The position numbers and the translations under genes were made by a program. A DNA stretch of 64,000 nucleotides. Origin: Octopus bimaculoides (Eukaryota). The notes under the pieces are model-generated. The model worked only from the letters and a program-made list of their open reading frames with translations. It did no database searches and was not told the origin of the DNA. This document shows, piece after piece, positions 60,761-64,000 of this stretch. The stretch spans positions 25,721,237 to 25,785,236 of the forward strand of contig NC_068985.1 of the NCBI RefSeq assembly GCF_001194135.2, read 5' to 3'. The first letter of the stretch is position 1, and each line of letters opens with the position of its first letter.

Positions 60761-62091
60761 CCATTAATATAATGGAACCGATGTATGCTATTAATTTCCT
60801 CTAATTGCAATCAATATTTGAAGAGATTGGATTTTGGCCTTAAATCGCATCAAGGTATTTTTGATGATATTAAGGCGGGCAGTAGTTACTAGAGCGAATA
60901 CACTATCAGTAATTTCGTTGTTTCTTGCATCATTAATAACTGTGTGAAAGATAAGTCTCTTAACTGAAATCGTTTATCTATAACAGGAAAGTACATACTG
61001 CATTTCTGAACTGATGGTCTTATATTTCCACCCAATAAACTGGCAGTAACTTTAAAATCTAAAGGTAGTAGTTTATGATGTATGCTTCCTGTACGACACA
61101 TGAAATCTTGTTTTCGCTGTCACTGAATAGTAAAGTTACCGTAATACAAATATTCATACTTCAAAGACAATAAAAATATGGGTATCATTCATAGCTCCCA
61201 ACATTCCACTCTGATTACTAGTGACAATAAATATTACATTGCTATTATTGACATGGCAAAGATACAAATATTCTCATTCAAACATTTGAGAAGTCTCGGA
61301 CTTTGAAACAGTTCTATTTTTATCTCTAACAATTAGGACTGGTGTTAATTATAATATTAAAGCTCAATTTGTTTCAAAATTGACTCTGATAACGATGATT
61401 ATTTTCTCACCCGTGTGTGAAAACTGAAAACATTTGTCGCAATAAAAAAAACAGACAGGCTGAGGAGGATTGTGTGTGAGTAGGTGTTAAAAATGCGAGC
61501 TTTATAAACTTGAGCTCATGTCCTGGGAAGCAAAGTAAGCAAAGACAATTTAATTTCAGTTTGTTATTTCATTTCATTTATTACATCAAATGTAGTTTTA
61601 CCGGATTTAATCTGAAAAACATTCACCTCTGTCAAGGCTCACTTGTCTATGACACATACATGTAGACAAGGTCTTCGAAGGAAACACGGAGAACCATTAA
61701 CCAGCATTTAGAAGGTACTTATACATTTCACAGGCTCTGAAAAAAGTTGTATTTTTTATAAAATATAAAATTATGTATATTTCTTTGATGGTCACAATCA
61801 GTTTAAATAATAATAAATATTTTAACAAACATTTTTAATGGTTTCCAAATCATTCCTCTGTTAATCTTTTACTGATTTCAGTCACTGGATTTGCAATCAT
61901 TCTGGAGTACTGCGTTTTGTCGATCAATGCTTATATTTAAAGTTTAGTACTTATTTTTAAAGTCCAGAATTTATTTTTAAATTCTATCAAGTATTTTATC
62001 TGCATCTCTTTACCAAACCGCCAAGACATTGGACGGAAGGAACACAACATAAACCACACGTACCTTAGACCAGAGTAAAAATACATAATCA

Positions 62092-62309
62092 TAGGTTGGG
62101 ATGCTGAAAAATTCCTGGCTTTAAGGGTGTTTCGAAAGTCCTGGTTAGATGTCCAACCTTCCGAGTTCTTTTGCAGGGCTTATAAAAACTGAAGGACCGC
62201 TACAATCAGTGTATGAATCTGAGCGGCAAATAAGTTGAATAAAATCATTAATTAATCATCCTGTATTTTCTTTTACCCAAAGCCAGAAAATTTTCAGCAC
62301 CCGCTCGTG
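62092..62309 (+). mobile_element. Mariner-derived MITE
   Basis: Inverted termini GATGCTGAAAAATTCCTGGCTTT / AAAGCCAGAAAATTTTCAGCACC; the interior retains the transposase C-terminal remnant LKDRYNQCMNLSGK*VE*. Confidence 0.8.
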
Positions 62310-62805
62310 TGTGTGTGTGTGTGTGTGGTAGAAGTGAGGAATCCCTAGTATATGTTGAGATATCTCTCTAGGAGAAAGAACTCATTTTCATCCAATGATG
62401 TAGAGAAGTTCTTTTTGAAAAAAAAAAACACATACGTTGTTTAGGTAGTGGGATTGGTCCTGAGCAAGACCTTTTCCTCAATTCAAAGAGCTTCAGGCAC
62501 AGATATCGCTGGATGTTTTAATATCTCTATTATGTTACTATGGTTGACCGTAGCCTAGAAAAACAAAAACAGTCAATGAAAAATTCGATGGTGGGATAAA
62601 GGTATGCATCAGCGTGAGTGGTAAGTTCACTGAACACCTGTTGCAAGAGATACCACATCAATGTAAAAGTATGTAGGTTCCTAGTACGTTTGAAAAGTCG
62701 CATCCATTCTGCTCATGTTTAAGAGAGAAACCAAGTGATAGTATTGCTCGAAATCGAGTTGCTGTTGTTATTTATTTATGTATGTGAATGCGCCTGGCAG
62801 GTAAA

Positions 62806-63115
62806 GGCGCGTGGCTTAGTGGTTAGGGCATTCGGCTCACGATCGTATGGTCGTGAGTTCAATTCCCGGCGATGCGTTGTGTCCTTGAGCAACACTATTT
62901 CACGTTGCTCCAATCCAATCAGCTGGCAAAAATGAGTAGTAATTGTATTTCAAAGGACCAGCCTTGTTACACTGTGTCACGCTGAATCTCCCTAAGAACT
63001 ACGTTAAGGGTACACGTGTCTGTGGAGTGTTCAGACACTTGCACGTTAATTTCATGAACAAGCTGTTCCGTTGATCATATCAGCTGGGACCCTCTCGTCG
63101 TAACCGACGGAGTGC
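62806..63115 (+). mobile_element. Chimeric SINE: family-C-like head and CORE segment with the family-B 3' tail
   Basis: GTGTCCTTGAGCAACAC...GCTCCAATCCA CORE-like part, then GAACTACGTTAAGGGTACACGTGTCTGTGGAG...CCGACGGAGTGC as in family B. Confidence 0.85.
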
Positions 63116-63420
63116 TCCTTAGAAAAGGTGTATAATATCAGCAAAAAAATCATGAAATGCTATGCACTTTGAATGACTTTGGAATGAAAGTCTCTCTAAA
63201 GTATGGGAGTTCTTTAATAGTTGGTCATGGCTGTCAATTCTTGACGTGGCCAAGAATGTGCTGGGGGTGTGGTTCACGTCTTTAGACTTAATGACCCTAT
63301 GGCATGTATCAGTGTTCCTACAACAATTCACACTTACGCCTATATACACACATACATGTGCATACTCGTTTATACTCACTCGTGCCAATCGGCATATTTA
63401 CATAGACTCATCCATCTATT

Positions 63421-63473
<53 letters not shown>

Positions 63474-63475
<2 letters not shown>

Positions 63476-63872
63476 TCTTTTACTTGTTTCAGTCATTTTA
63501 CTGTCGCCATGCTGGAGCACCGCCTTTAGTCGAACAAAATTATTCTTTGTAAGCCTAGTACTTATTCTATCGGTCTCTTTTGCCGAACCGCTATATTACG
63601 GGGACGTAAAGGCACCAGCATCGGTTGTCAAACGATGTTGGGGAAACAAACACAGACACACAAACATATATACACGCACACACATACATATATATACATA
63701 TATACAACGGGCTTCTTTTAGTTTCCGTCTACCAAATCCACTCATAAGGTTTTGGTCGGTCCGAGGCTATAGTAGAAGACACTTGCCCAAGGTGCCACGC
63801 AGTGGGACTGAACCCGGAACCATGTGGTTGATAAGCAAGCTACTTACTACACAGCCACTCCTGCGCCTATGT
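63474..63872 (-). mobile_element. SINE family D, full length; a further partial + copy lies at 63900-64000
   Basis: Reverse complement of the 28857-type element. Confidence 0.92.
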
Positions 63873-64000
63873 ACATATAACTTTAATTATGATTTATATG
63901 TGTGTCTTTGCTCTCCCATCACCGCTTGACAACCGGTGTTTGTGTGTTTAAGTTCCAGTAGCCTAGCGGTTCACCAAAAGAGACTGATAGAACAAGTACT

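Overview
AT-rich, gap-containing eukaryotic scaffold (11 N-gaps), dominated by microsatellites and decayed retroposons. The repeat types and (TA)n/(CATA)n/(TAA)n density point to a coleoid cephalopod, probably Octopus (inference, no search run). Two host genes are supportable. (1) The 5' end of a minus-strand cadherin-family gene: signal-peptide exon 6601-6716, candidate 11-nt microexon 5658-5668, and EC1 exons 4025-4194 and 1723-1788; it continues off the left edge. (2) A plus-strand intronless ORF or terminal exon, 52099-52950, encoding an NHL-type six-bladed beta-propeller. The rest consists of at least four tRNA-headed SINE families, fragments of RTE, CR1-like, L1/Tx1-like and RLE-type (HERO/R4-like) LINEs, mariner/pogo/hAT remnants and a Helentron-type element. 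The most notable unexplained signals are: a complete type I hammerhead ribozyme core whose stem II carries a ~100-nt branched domain (22058-22188), beside an inverted copy that lacks the core; two copies of a minimal hammerhead with a CUGUUGA core variant; four retro-insertions at two fixed nucleotides inside the tRNA-like head of one SINE family, one of them an ORF1-only (HAL1-like) element; a SINE/LINE 3' stem-loop with compensatory base change; and an inverted duplication capturing a candidate microexon. Repeat boundaries are hand-read and approximate unless TSD coordinates are given.
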